From sequence record NC_019929.1: a stretch of DNA of 64,000 bases, one strand, 5' to 3'. The translations under genes were made by a program, and so were the position numbers. This document shows positions 19,301 through 29,396 of the stretch, piece by piece. Position 1 is the first letter of the stretch, and every line of letters begins with the position of its first letter. The notes beneath the pieces are model-generated. The model ran no database searches. It was given only the letters and a program-made list of their open reading frames with translations, and was not told the origin of the DNA.

Positions 19301-20772
19301 TCAGCTTATACTCACTTAACGCCGTCACCAACGCCATGAAGCTGTGTAAGCAGCACAACGTGCGTTTGGATGCGGAAGAAGAAAGCCCGATTGGTCTGCT
19401 GAATAAAGCAACCGACCAGGCACCCATCTTCAACACCGCAATCACTGACGAGCAGTTCTTCCAGCAGCTGCCCGACATCACCAAAATCAAAACGCCTGCA
19501 CACGGCACCGGTGAAGCGTCTGTGGTGGCTGATACAGCTGCCGGAGCAGAAATGCTGAACGTGGAAGACCACGAACCGACGCTGTTCGAACTGAAGAACA
19601 TGGCTATCCTGCGTTGTAACGGGATGCTGGACTTTGCCCGTAACGTGATTCAGCCGTTCGTGCAAACTGTTATTCAGAACAACCAACCGGTTGACCAGCA
19701 GGAACTGTCGGAAGAGTGGAACCTGGTACCGGTCGGGATGGATGCTGCACTGGAAAGTCCGGTAGTGCAGGCGCTGATTGACGAAATCGAAAACCCGCTG
19801 GGCAACGGCACTACGCACGAAGCGGTCAATGCCAACGTACCGACTAACCTCGAAGTGCCGGAAACCGGTAACAAGATGTTTGACAGTCTGGTGGCCACCC
19901 TGTTGAACGAAACGGGCATGTCCATCGTTGAAGCAGTTCAGGGGATGCTCGAAGGGAACATGCTGTCGCCGGTTTCTGACCAGGCTCCGCACAACCTGAA
20001 AAAGAACATCCTGTTCATGCTGCTGGCGTCGTACTACGTTGAACGTCCGTGGGAAAACTCTAACCTGGGCAGTGGTGAGTGGCGTGCGAAGATGCTGCCG
20101 TTGTACTACTCCAACATTGGTTGGGTGTATGCTTACGCACAGGGTATCGTTGATCGCGTGACCACCGGTAACGTGGTTTACTCCTACGACGGTGCAGACA
20201 AGAAAGTCTACATCTGTCAGGAAGCGTTCAAAGACTACCTGGAAAAAGGTGGGGATGTGGAAGCGCTGTTGGGTGCTATCTACATGCTCGATGACGGCGA
20301 CTCTTCTGTGTCAACCCGTGTACCGGGCCTGCTGGAAAAACAAAACGATTACCGTGCCGCATACGGTCGTCGTAGCGCTATCCAACGTGCGAAGAACGAT
20401 ACCGATTGGTTGACCCGTAACCGTGCATCGCTGAAAACGGCGTTTGCAGTGGCTATCGATACCCTCGACCCGGAAATGCTGTCGCGTGACCATCAGGGTA
20501 ACCTGTGCACGCCAGAGCAGTCGAAAACTGCGGTGTTCTCTGCTATCGACCATCTGTTCGGTAACAGCACCAAGGACATTACCGAGTTCGTGATTCGCAC
20601 AGCATCGGCCGAAGTCTTCGGTGAGTACGACCTATGCAATCTGCTGCTGGATATTCACCGCGGCATGATTGAAAACCGTCAGCCTGACGAAGTGGCTACC
20701 GACTGGATGATTAACTACGTCATCAACTGGGTTGGTGGTGCCATCTGTGTTGACATCCTGAAACGCGCTTAA
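19297..20772 (+). CDS. Virion head protein (SPN3US gp243 position)
   Basis: 491 aa, strongly biased codons, between vRNAP beta and the protease block. Confidence 0.6.
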   Translation: MISLYSLNAVTNAMKLCKQHNVRLDAEEESPIGLLNKATDQAPIFNTAITDEQFFQQLPDITKIKTPAHGTGEASVVADTAAGAEMLNVEDHEPTLFELKNMAILRCNGMLDFARNVIQPFVQTVIQNNQPVDQQELSEEWNLVPVGMDAALESPVVQALIDEIENPLGNGTTHEAVNANVPTNLEVPETGNKMFDSLVATLLNETGMSIVEAVQGMLEGNMLSPVSDQAPHNLKKNILFMLLASYYVERPWENSNLGSGEWRAKMLPLYYSNIGWVYAYAQGIVDRVTTGNVVYSYDGADKKVYICQEAFKDYLEKGGDVEALLGAIYMLDDGDSSVSTRVPGLLEKQNDYRAAYGRRSAIQRAKNDTDWLTRNRASLKTAFAVAIDTLDPEMLSRDHQGNLCTPEQSKTAVFSAIDHLFGNSTKDITEFVIRTASAEVFGEYDLCNLLLDIHRGMIENRQPDEVATDWMINYVINWVGGAICVDILKRA

Positions 20773-20789
20773 CCCTGTAGGAGGTGATC

Positions 20790-21518
20790 GTGAGTGCAAT
20801 TGAAACAGCCCGTCGTGACCCAACGAAAATCCATGCGGACTTGGTCAACAACGGCACGGTCACCACTACCAAAGGGGGATGTTACATTTACATCCCTGTT
20901 GGGTTTGTGGCGAAAGAGTTGGCGGTGGTGTCTTCGACGGTAACGATTATCGGCTTGTTTGCGATTTCGACCGACCGGAGAACCTACGGGGTATCGAGCG
21001 TTACGACGTTCATCGAGATTACCCCGTCGGCGTTTGAAGAAATCGATGTCCACGGTGTTCCGTATTACGAATTCCGTTTTGACCCTGGTACGGTTGTTTT
21101 CCCCAACCGCATGTTGCAGGTGCTGCCAAGCCCTGTGTATAACATCGCGTCGTACGAGTACGACTTTGGTAACCGTCCCTTCTGGACGACGTCTGATGAC
21201 GATGCTGAGTTACTGGCACCGGATAAGACTAAGAAGTGGAACGGTTTTACCGTGTTCGCTGACCAAATCACAGCGGACTGTTATGCTGCGCACACACAGC
21301 GCAAAGTTGGCGACCCACGAACGTATTTCCGGGACACATTGAAAAAGGACAGCGATTTGAGTAACACGGTGCAGTTCATTCCATTGCGCAGTGGCTCACT
21401 CAACAAAACGTCGCGCTTGGCGAAACTGGCTGACGTGGAACTGAAACAAGGTATCCGTTCTGCGTTGCAAGTTGACCCGGTACGTGCCGAACCGCTCGAG
21501 GATTTGTTTATGCGTTAA
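20790..21518 (+). CDS. Probable virion RNAP beta' C-terminal subunit (SPN3US gp244 position)
   Basis: C-terminal SRLAKLADVELKQGIRSAL resembles the beta' C-terminal helix; lies immediately upstream of the protease; GTG20790 follows AGGAGG. Confidence 0.6.
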   Translation: MSAIETARRDPTKIHADLVNNGTVTTTKGGCYIYIPVGFVAKELAVVSSTVTIIGLFAISTDRRTYGVSSVTTFIEITPSAFEEIDVHGVPYYEFRFDPGTVVFPNRMLQVLPSPVYNIASYEYDFGNRPFWTTSDDDAELLAPDKTKKWNGFTVFADQITADCYAAHTQRKVGDPRTYFRDTLKKDSDLSNTVQFIPLRSGSLNKTSRLAKLADVELKQGIRSALQVDPVRAEPLEDLFMR

Positions 21519-21573
21519 CTGGTGCTGCGCCTTCGGGCGCAGACTGGTCTGAAAAAAGAAACTGGGGAAAACA

Positions 21574-22377
21574 ATGGAAAACATGTCACTACGCTATAAC
21601 TGCGTGGCGCTGGCTGGGGTCAATAAAGGGGCAACGCTCAAAAAAGATGCTGACGGGTATTACTACGTCCTTTTAGGCGCACTGAATATTTTCAACTCTG
21701 AGAATATCTATTACGCTTACAACGAATCGAAGCATGTCTTCGAACGTTCTAACATCTTCATGCGCAAAGTGCAGGCGGGGAATCTCTTCGGTGAAGAAGA
21801 CCACCCTCCGTACGAGCAGGGTATGTCCGAAGCCCAGTGGATTGAGCGCAACGAATGGATTGAGACGAAAAACGTCTGTATGCACATTCGTGAAGTCGAA
21901 GTGAAACCAACAGACCAGGTATGTAACGGTCTGCCGGTAATGGAAATCTGGGGCTGGGTCAAGCCGAACCGTGAACGCGGTCCGCTGTTGGCAGAAGCGC
22001 TGGAGAATCCACATCAGAACGTGTGCTTCTCGCTGCGTGCTATCGTGCGTGAAGGCCGCATTGGTGGGCAAGTGGTACGCCGTATCGATAAGATGGTCAC
22101 CTTTGACTGGGTTATCGAAGACGGTTTGCAGATCTGCAACAAATACTCCGCGATTCAGCGTGGCAGTAAAGTCGCGCAAGAATCTACCCGTACGTACGTT
22201 GACCGTCCGATCAGCATGGAAGTGCTGGAAGACATCATCTACAACCCGCAAGCGTCTTCTACGGTTGCTACGGAGTCTCGTCGTGGAGCACTGCGTGGTA
22301 TTGCCCAGGAATATTTAGCGCTTAATCCTCGCCGGTCTAACCTGCGTGTGATGGGTATGGGTAAAGGAAGCTGGTAA
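21574..22377 (+). CDS. Prohead (capsid maturation) serine protease (phiKZ gp175 / SPN3US gp245-like)
   Basis: GEEDHP (His77) and CFSLR (Ser153); C-terminal A-x-E sites AQE203 and ATE234. Confidence 0.85.
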   Translation: MENMSLRYNCVALAGVNKGATLKKDADGYYYVLLGALNIFNSENIYYAYNESKHVFERSNIFMRKVQAGNLFGEEDHPPYEQGMSEAQWIERNEWIETKNVCMHIREVEVKPTDQVCNGLPVMEIWGWVKPNRERGPLLAEALENPHQNVCFSLRAIVREGRIGGQVVRRIDKMVTFDWVIEDGLQICNKYSAIQRGSKVAQESTRTYVDRPISMEVLEDIIYNPQASSTVATESRRGALRGIAQEYLALNPRRSNLRVMGMGKGSW

Positions 22378-22378
22378 A

Positions 22379-23008
22379 ATGAGCGAAGCCATCGACCCCT
22401 CTTTAGAACGTTGGCGGGAACAACAAATGCCGAGCGTGGCCAAAAAGCTGACGCTTCGACAATTGTCAAATCCGCCGTTACATCTAAGCAAGTGTAAGAT
22501 TCCGGTGTTCTCACCGCGTATCCCACTTTCCGTTGCGCGTGATGAAGACATGACTGTGCCGCGTATTTGCTGCTCAGTTGATCTCAGTCGCTGTATTCAC
22601 GGTGTGCGTCACATCTATTCCACAATAGAGATACCCACCCGTTTGTACTTGTACGGCTTCGAAGAACGCGCGGTCGCACAACCGTCCGTGGATTTGACTT
22701 GCGAACCCAACCGGGCAGGCGAAGTGTGGATTGTTCCGCACCGCATGTCTAACTGGGACATCAAACCGACTCTGCTCGGGGAGCTGCGCCTGTCAAGCCT
22801 CGGTGCCGGTGGGCATCAGTTCACGTACCAGATGTGTTTCGGACAGGATGTTCGTTTGTCGTCCGACCAACTCTTAAAGGCGGATACCTTCTATGAAGTC
22901 AAAGTAACCGTTAACTGGGAGAAGGAAACGATTAAGGTTAGTGACGCCAAACAAGTCGATCGCAGTAAATTCGACATCGCCATCAACGAGTATTCTGTCA
23001 CCCCGTGA
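22379..23008 (+). CDS. hypothetical protein
   Basis: 209-aa ORF translationally coupled to the protease. Confidence 0.75.
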   Translation: MSEAIDPSLERWREQQMPSVAKKLTLRQLSNPPLHLSKCKIPVFSPRIPLSVARDEDMTVPRICCSVDLSRCIHGVRHIYSTIEIPTRLYLYGFEERAVAQPSVDLTCEPNRAGEVWIVPHRMSNWDIKPTLLGELRLSSLGAGGHQFTYQMCFGQDVRLSSDQLLKADTFYEVKVTVNWEKETIKVSDAKQVDRSKFDIAINEYSVTP

Positions 23009-23060
23009 TCCGGCAAGTTCGTGGTCTGCAACTACCACTTACCGTACCCAGGGGGAACGC

Positions 23061-23360
23061 ATGAAAGTCGTTAACATCGCAATACCCTCGACGCTGCAAA
23101 CGTTGACACCTGATGAGCTGAAGGCTCTGGCCATTTACGCTATTCAGGAACGCTGTGGTCGAGAAGTGTTAGCTGAGATTCTCAGTTCGCGCTTTGACAC
23201 CAAACGTAAAATCAATAACATTGTCGCGGGCATTGCCCAACAAGACATCGCACAATTTTATTGCGATATTCGAGATGCAGGGGTGGCTATCGATTTTACC
23301 CGCACTTACTTTTTGCTCGCTGAACCTTACCGCACCAACGTGTCAATTAAGCAGTTGTAG
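23061..23360 (+). CDS. hypothetical protein
   Basis: ORF 22941..23360; ATG23061 preceded by GGGGGA. Confidence 0.7.
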   Translation: MKVVNIAIPSTLQTLTPDELKALAIYAIQERCGREVLAEILSSRFDTKRKINNIVAGIAQQDIAQFYCDIRDAGVAIDFTRTYFLLAEPYRTNVSIKQL

Positions 23361-23418
23361 TTTTTTTACGGATGCGGTAGTTCATGTGTTGGGGATACAC
23401 TTTTAAAGGAAGAGAGCA

Positions 23419-23967
23419 ATGTTTTATTTGGATAGCGATGGGTTATTTGCGCGTTGGCGTACCTACGTATTATCCACACATTTTCCGGGAATGACGATTA
23501 AGGAGTTCAATGCTTTACCCGAACTGCGTCGTCGGAGTCTGACACGCGAGATGTATCAGCGTGACCCAGATTTGTTTTACAAGCTACCGCCGATTCCCGA
23601 AGCGGCAGGCATTCTTGAAACGCTGGAAAAGTTGTGTGATTCGTGGGCAATACTGACGTCTGGTTCGGAAGATCACTTTGATCACCGACTGGTTATTGAA
23701 TCAAAACAGAGGTGGTTCTTAAAACACTTCGGGATTCCGTCAGATAAAGTCATCGTCACTGAAAACTCTGGGCAGAAAGCAGCTTACGCCTCACGGGGGA
23801 ATTTGCTTGTCGACGATTATGGTCGGAACTGTCGTGAATGGGTGTTGCAGGGTGGGGGCGCGATTTGGGTACGTACAGAACAGCCTAACATCAAGGGCAT
23901 CTGTAATCAGTGCGAAGCGTTCTACGAAGACCCGGTTAATTTGTCGGGGACTCTGTTACAAGTTTAA
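23419..23967 (+). CDS. 5'(3')-deoxyribonucleotidase-like HAD hydrolase
   Basis: N-terminal YLDSDG (DxD) and LLVDDYGRN motifs typical of NT5C-type phage proteins. Confidence 0.75.
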   Translation: MFYLDSDGLFARWRTYVLSTHFPGMTIKEFNALPELRRRSLTREMYQRDPDLFYKLPPIPEAAGILETLEKLCDSWAILTSGSEDHFDHRLVIESKQRWFLKHFGIPSDKVIVTENSGQKAAYASRGNLLVDDYGRNCREWVLQGGGAIWVRTEQPNIKGICNQCEAFYEDPVNLSGTLLQV

Positions 23968-23974
23968 TACTTAG

Positions 23975-24012
23975 GTAGTCCTTTCACCCGAGAGGACTAC
24001 CTGTTTTATTTT
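23975..24012 (+). terminator. Intrinsic terminator
   Basis: GTAGTCCTT...GAGGACTAC stem followed by CTGTTTTATTTT. Confidence 0.65.
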
Positions 24013-24016
24013 AAGT

Positions 24017-24046
24017 GCATTCGAAAAACTTATAGATATATTTTAC
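24017..24046 (+). promoter_or_regulatory. Putative phage (early) promoter motif, copy 1
   Basis: GCATTCGAAAAACTTATAGATATATTTTAC, near-identical to 46847..46876; both follow a terminator and precede a new gene run. Confidence 0.55.
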
Positions 24047-24101
24047 TTAGGTGAGATTACATTCCTAATCTTTTCGACCATTAACCTCAAGGAGCTTTAT
24101 C

Positions 24102-24497
24102 ATGCAAGTCCACCCTAACATTGTTAAGCAGTGCGAAGACCCGTTTACCATGATGCTGGTTGCCAGCAAATGTCAGGATAAAAACTTCGAGGAGTTTATG
24201 AATAATCCTGCCGCCGTGCAAGCATCGGTACTGCACCATCTCGAGCGTATCGAAACCGGGAAGATGGTAAAAGACGTCGGTGAAGAACCGTTCGTCGTCA
24301 AAATGATTAACCACATCGCGTCGCCGGAGTTTCGGGCGATTCGATTAGAACGTGACGGTATGCCAAATAAGATTCGTGACCTGTTCACACGTATTCTTAA
24401 CGACCGCCAGTTCAAACACGTTATGGACCGCGAGCCTGACGTTTACGAAGACATCAAACGCCACATGGAAGAAACCATGTACGTCTTCACTCACTAA
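24102..24497 (+). CDS. hypothetical protein
   Basis: 131 aa, AAGGAG RBS. Confidence 0.8.
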   Translation: MQVHPNIVKQCEDPFTMMLVASKCQDKNFEEFMNNPAAVQASVLHHLERIETGKMVKDVGEEPFVVKMINHIASPEFRAIRLERDGMPNKIRDLFTRILNDRQFKHVMDREPDVYEDIKRHMEETMYVFTH

Positions 24498-24536
24498 GCC
24501 ATTCAATCCGACCATTACCTTTAGGAAATAGAAACT

Positions 24537-25208
24537 ATGCAAGGCGCAGAACTGAACACCATGTGGGAAAAACTGTTACGTCAATTCCGTGACTTCTATC
24601 TGTACACTGATAACGCTCACCGTATCGACCACATCCAGGCAGTGAAATCCAATGCTGTTCGTATCGCACACCTGTTAGGTGAAACTGAACATTTGAAGTT
24701 GGCGTTTATTGCGATTGCTGCACACGACATCTTCTCCACCAAAGATGACCGGGCTGCGCACCACATCAAAGGCTACAATTGGATACTGGACAACAAACCG
24801 GTACTCAAGCGCAAGTACAAGCTGAGCGATGACGATTGTCTGGTTATCGCCCACGCCGTGTTAGAACACCGTAGCTCCCACAAAGGGAACTACAACGGTA
24901 TCGTTTCCGAGATTGTGGCCGCAGCTGACCGCGGCATTCCGTCGGTTGACGATGTCACCAATTACGCTTACCGTTCTTACTTGTATGCACGCGACCACGG
25001 CAAAAGCGTCACGGATGCGAAGTTCCATGCGGTACGCCACATCAAAGAGAAGTTTGGTAAGGATGGCACATCTAAAGTGCCGGAGTGGTACGGTACTCTG
25101 TTTGCAGAGAAACTGTTAATCCGGTTAGACTACGTAGAGCAACTCGACATCGATTGCTTTACACCTGAAATCACCGATGAGCTTGAAGCTCGTTTACAAC
25201 CCAAGTAA
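24537..25208 (+). CDS. HD-domain phosphohydrolase
   Basis: HRIDH...AAHD...LEH...AAAD motif order. Confidence 0.8.
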   Translation: MQGAELNTMWEKLLRQFRDFYLYTDNAHRIDHIQAVKSNAVRIAHLLGETEHLKLAFIAIAAHDIFSTKDDRAAHHIKGYNWILDNKPVLKRKYKLSDDDCLVIAHAVLEHRSSHKGNYNGIVSEIVAAADRGIPSVDDVTNYAYRSYLYARDHGKSVTDAKFHAVRHIKEKFGKDGTSKVPEWYGTLFAEKLLIRLDYVEQLDIDCFTPEITDELEARLQPK

Positions 25209-25224
25209 CCTGAAGGATAATGCA

Positions 25225-25710
25225 ATGACTGTTAAAGTAACCTCAATCAAAGAACTGAACTCCATCATCGAAAGCATCGACGGCCCAACCGTGGTACTGA
25301 ACGAAGACCTGTCGCTCAAAGCTGAGCCGCTCATGGACATCTACGTCGATACCCTCCCGGTGGTGAAGGTCGGTGAGACTGATTATCGCTTTACGCTGGA
25401 CGACGCCAATGCGCTGCGTCAGCATGACGCAAACTTCCTCGAAGCGTTCGGCGGTATCGCCAGCGGTGTGATCGTTGACCGTGCGAAAGCCGACAGCGAC
25501 ATCGGCGCACTCGACCTGAAACTGGACATCGGTAACGCGTCCTTCTCAACCGTGTTCGCTCGCCCAACCGGTGATGAGCCAACCAAGAAAGAGTGGGAAG
25601 CCTCCATCGGCTTCGGCTATGGTGTGCCGAAGTCTAAAGCGCTGGAAGGCAAACTGCGTAAAGGCTTCGCGGCCGCCATGATGGCAAGCGATGAGGAAGA
25701 CGAAGAGTAA
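25225..25710 (+). CDS. hypothetical protein, likely abundant
   Basis: ATG25225 after AAGGA; strong high-expression codon bias; acidic C-terminus. Confidence 0.8.
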   Translation: MTVKVTSIKELNSIIESIDGPTVVLNEDLSLKAEPLMDIYVDTLPVVKVGETDYRFTLDDANALRQHDANFLEAFGGIASGVIVDRAKADSDIGALDLKLDIGNASFSTVFARPTGDEPTKKEWEASIGFGYGVPKSKALEGKLRKGFAAAMMASDEEDEE

Positions 25711-25777
25711 TCTTCGTTTCCTTAACAAATTGAGATGGTCTTATGACCATCTCTTTTTTTTGATCCTGGAGTAAAGA

Positions 25778-26365
25778 ATGCCTAGAGAAGAACTCTTTAG
25801 CGGCGGAGCACTCAGTGCACGGGAAGCCCCCGAGCGCACCACCATGCGCAGTGCCATGAACCGCGATGAGGTTATCCAGCGTCTGAACCAAATCGGTGAC
25901 GTGTTTACCCTCTCCCTGCGTACCGTAACCGATGACACGGCGTTTGAGAATACCGCAGGGTTTGCTGCGGAGATGATTCCCCACACCGTCAACGGCTACC
26001 AACGTTTCTTAGACGACATCACTAAGTCTGCGGCAGGACGTGTGATTGCCGGTTTCGTGATTCGCTTTAAGCAGCTGTTGTTGATTGAGTTCGGCGAGTA
26101 TGTGATTGCTTCGCTGGAAAATGAACTGGTGACGCTGTCGCCTAACGACATCATTGCTGCTGAGAAAGGCGAAGGCCACAACGAAACCACGCTGTGGAAA
26201 ATCGCGCACCCAGACAATCCCGATCTCGCACCCCCGTCTGAATACGACCTGCTGACCTCTTTCCTGCTCCTGATGCAGATGAAGAACCTCATCATCCGGG
26301 CCGGTGCCCAACAGCAGATGCAGCAAGATGAAAAAGACGCTGCGCACCAAGGGCGAAAAAAATAA
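25778..26365 (+). CDS. hypothetical protein
   Basis: 195 aa, GGAG RBS. Confidence 0.8.
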   Translation: MPREELFSGGALSAREAPERTTMRSAMNRDEVIQRLNQIGDVFTLSLRTVTDDTAFENTAGFAAEMIPHTVNGYQRFLDDITKSAAGRVIAGFVIRFKQLLLIEFGEYVIASLENELVTLSPNDIIAAEKGEGHNETTLWKIAHPDNPDLAPPSEYDLLTSFLLLMQMKNLIIRAGAQQQMQQDEKDAAHQGRKK

Positions 26366-26371
26366 AACGTA

Positions 26372-26411
26372 CCTCACTCCCGCAAAGGAGTGAGGCGCGC
26401 TTCTTTTTTTT
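26372..26411. terminator. Bidirectional terminator
   Basis: CCTCACTCC-CGCAAA-GGAGTGAGG stem with T-tract and upstream A-tract between convergent genes. Confidence 0.75.
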
Positions 26412-26413
26412 GC

Positions 26414-27292
26414 TTAGCCGCGGAGCTGCTGAGCCATCTGCTCGTCAGAGACAGAACGGTAACCGCCCGCCGTCGCATCGACGTCAGGGTTGATACCATC
26501 AGTCTGCTGAGACGGAGTCAGCCACAGTTTACGCTCGTATGGACGCAGACCGTACAGCTTCATGCGTTCCAGTTCCTTCTGAGCTGCCTGCATCGGGCCC
26601 CAACCTGTCCATTGCTGGGAGGTAAAGGTGATGGACAGTTCGTTGGTCTGAGGACCGGTGTTCGGATCACGTTCACCGATGTCCTGACCAGAAGTTTCTG
26701 GAGACATATTGGTCAGCCACCAGGCGTTCTGTGCTTTACGCTGATACGCATCTGGTTCGAAGTACAGCACAGTCATGCTGTACATGTCCGGCAGGTGGTC
26801 TGGCACGTTCGGGTTGATTGCCGCAAGACCTGGGTGACCAGTTTGCGGGTCACAGACCCCGTACACGAGCCACGCCCAAAGCATGTTCTGATACACCTTG
26901 CCGAGTTTATCCGGCGTAGTGTGCGTTACGGAAGACAGTGCTTCGGTAACCAGACCAGCTTCATACTGCACGCGGTTGTTACGACCCTGTTGGGTCTGCA
27001 CGTACTCTGCGCTCAGGGTTTTATCCAAACCAGTAATCGTGGAGTGAACCTCGATGAAAGATTTGATAGCCTGACGCCACAGCTGCGGGTTCGGCATGTA
27101 ATCCACCCAACGAGGGAATTCCATGACACGCGCAATGACGTTACGACGCAGACGACTGGCGTTCGTAACGAATTTACCAACCTGTCCAACCGGGCCTTGT
27201 TGGCCCGAGGAGAACGGATTGACCATGTCGTACGAACCACCGTCGACGTGCAGGCCCTGATCAGGCAGAATCAAACGTTCTTTGATAGCCAT
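26414..27292 (-). CDS. Tail tube protein (phiKZ gp30-like)
   Basis: 292 aa directly downstream of the sheath; high-expression codons. Confidence 0.75.
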   Translation of the reverse strand: MAIKERLILPDQGLHVDGGSYDMVNPFSSGQQGPVGQVGKFVTNASRLRRNVIARVMEFPRWVDYMPNPQLWRQAIKSFIEVHSTITGLDKTLSAEYVQTQQGRNNRVQYEAGLVTEALSSVTHTTPDKLGKVYQNMLWAWLVYGVCDPQTGHPGLAAINPNVPDHLPDMYSMTVLYFEPDAYQRKAQNAWWLTNMSPETSGQDIGERDPNTGPQTNELSITFTSQQWTGWGPMQAAQKELERMKLYGLRPYERKLWLTPSQQTDGINPDVDATAGGYRSVSDEQMAQQLRG

Positions 27293-27295
27293 CTA

Positions 27296-29338
27296 TTAGC
27301 TCTCCCGACGGTAAACTTTGATAGTGGTGTTGAACTGAGTCAGCAACACACCGCCGTAAGCATTCAGATCCAGCGTCACGGAATAACCGTTAGCTTTATC
27401 GTCCGCAGTGAAGTAGGCGCTCGGAGTCACGTCTGCAATATTATCCAGACGACCTTCCAGTCGTTCGGTAATTTTGTTTTCGATCATCTTCGCACGCTCG
27501 TTGTCGGTCATGCGGTTTTCACCAGACATGTCCGCCCACACCCCATCAGACACACGGTATACGTAGGTCATGATGAAGTTGAACAGTGCGTTGTTCAGCA
27601 CCGAACGGTCTTCGCTGTAGATGGACTGAATCGCCGGAATGAACAGACGATAGTAGTCGCGGCTACGGGCAGTGATGAGCGACACATCCCAGTCGGACGC
27701 ATACACTTCATTGCCTTTCCACGGCATACTCAGATCGTACAGATCCTCGATGATCGTTTCTTCACCGCGGCTAAAGCGGGCTGAAGGTTTCGCACGACCC
27801 TCGCCAGCACCGAGATACTTCGAGAAGAAGCTCGCGATACTGTAGTTCATCGGAACCGGCTTCTTGTAGGAAGAGTTACGGATGAACGCGGTCTGACCGG
27901 TCACCATCCCACGCGCCGCAGGCGTACCGTAGTACGAGCTTTCTGGCACAGAGGTGATGAGTTCAATCAGAGCAACTTTGGCACCCTCTTCGGTTTGCAG
28001 GTCATTACGACCCTGGTCGAAGACGTGGGTACACAGAGTCAAGAAGGTGTTACGCGACTTGCCGATGAAGTTCACGCAAGCTTCTTTGGTATCGAACGAG
28101 AAGCCCGAGTCCCAGAAGCAGCCGAGTGAATATTTCAGTTCGTTGTCGTAACGGACTTTCCCGTCTTCTGGGAACAGCAGCATTTCACGACGAACGAGTT
28201 CATCGTACGTGCTGTCGCCCATGGTACCATCGCTACCACCTTGCAGGTAGTGGATGTTAGACGCGGAGAAGACCATTTTGCCGGTTTCGGTCGCAGGGTT
28301 GACCTGCACACCGTCGTACGGCTGACCAATGAGGTCGAGACCGCCAAAGATGTCGACCATGTACGGATCGGCAATATTGACGTTTTGCACAGCAGCCTGT
28401 GCCAGGCCCAGTACGGTTTCGAGGTTGTCACGGTAGATGTGGAACTCTTCGAAAGGACCGTAGTCTGGCAGCCCGCCGACATCCGGCATCGTCTTACGGT
28501 AGCCATCAGGAATGATGACATCGAAGTCGAGCTGGGTGCGCATCGGCAGATAGTATGCATCAGGCTTAAAGCTGAAGTTCATGCTGCTCAGACCGGTGAG
28601 GGTTTTCCACACCACTGGTGAAGTCACACCTTCCAGGGTTTCGAACCACTGGAGTTGGTACATACGGCCACCGACGCTGTTCTGATAAGCAGACGCCATC
28701 GTTGGGCTGGACTTCTCATTGAGCGGAACCATCTTAAACCCAAAGCCATTGACATCTGCACCCGCGTACGGGCCCTGGATGTCGAACAGTGGGTAAAGCT
28801 TGGATTTGGTACCGCCGTCGCCGGTCATGGTACCATCGGTCACTACACCCGCTTTGAAAGCAGGGGTCGTGCTATCGATGATAACAGAACGGAACACAAC
28901 GACGATACCGTCAACCTGCTCTTTGACCTTGGGCTTGCCAGTCGCATCATACTGGACAATCCCGTTAATGCGTTCGTACGCCGGAACTTTCGTTTCGAGT
29001 ACATCTGCAAACACACGGATCGCTGCGGTTTTCGCATCGTCCGGTACCAGACGCTGATACATACACTCGTTGCCGTTGGCGTTAAACATTGCCTGATAAG
29101 GCGTGTTGAACGTCGCATACGGGCCACGCAGGTCAAAGATACTACGACCAAGCAGAGACAGTGCATTATCCCCGGTTAACGGGAACGCCTCGTTGTCTAC
29201 CCCGCGCGCGGCAAAGGTGAAGATCAGCGGCTTATGAATCGGATCGCCGGTGGCGGTCCGTACAAGCGGAAGAACAGAATTATCCTGCCAACCTTGCTTG
29301 TTATTCAACGGCGCGCCGTTTCGTGGAATAAAAGTCAT
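27296..29338 (-). CDS. Tail sheath protein (phiKZ gp29-like)
   Basis: 680 aa; GGSDG and FWDSGF segments typical of contractile sheaths; sheath-tube-terminase synteny. Confidence 0.85.
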   Translation of the reverse strand: MTFIPRNGAPLNNKQGWQDNSVLPLVRTATGDPIHKPLIFTFAARGVDNEAFPLTGDNALSLLGRSIFDLRGPYATFNTPYQAMFNANGNECMYQRLVPDDAKTAAIRVFADVLETKVPAYERINGIVQYDATGKPKVKEQVDGIVVVFRSVIIDSTTPAFKAGVVTDGTMTGDGGTKSKLYPLFDIQGPYAGADVNGFGFKMVPLNEKSSPTMASAYQNSVGGRMYQLQWFETLEGVTSPVVWKTLTGLSSMNFSFKPDAYYLPMRTQLDFDVIIPDGYRKTMPDVGGLPDYGPFEEFHIYRDNLETVLGLAQAAVQNVNIADPYMVDIFGGLDLIGQPYDGVQVNPATETGKMVFSASNIHYLQGGSDGTMGDSTYDELVRREMLLFPEDGKVRYDNELKYSLGCFWDSGFSFDTKEACVNFIGKSRNTFLTLCTHVFDQGRNDLQTEEGAKVALIELITSVPESSYYGTPAARGMVTGQTAFIRNSSYKKPVPMNYSIASFFSKYLGAGEGRAKPSARFSRGEETIIEDLYDLSMPWKGNEVYASDWDVSLITARSRDYYRLFIPAIQSIYSEDRSVLNNALFNFIMTYVYRVSDGVWADMSGENRMTDNERAKMIENKITERLEGRLDNIADVTPSAYFTADDKANGYSVTLDLNAYGGVLLTQFNTTIKVYRRES

Positions 29339-29396
29339 GGAACGTCTCCATAATTCGTCTTAAAAGACCTGTGGGTCATACTAAGGTATCAATCTC

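Noticed and set aside
26390-27784. 464-aa plus-strand ORF opposite tail tube and sheath
   Set aside because: Same shadow-ORF effect from highly expressed structural genes.
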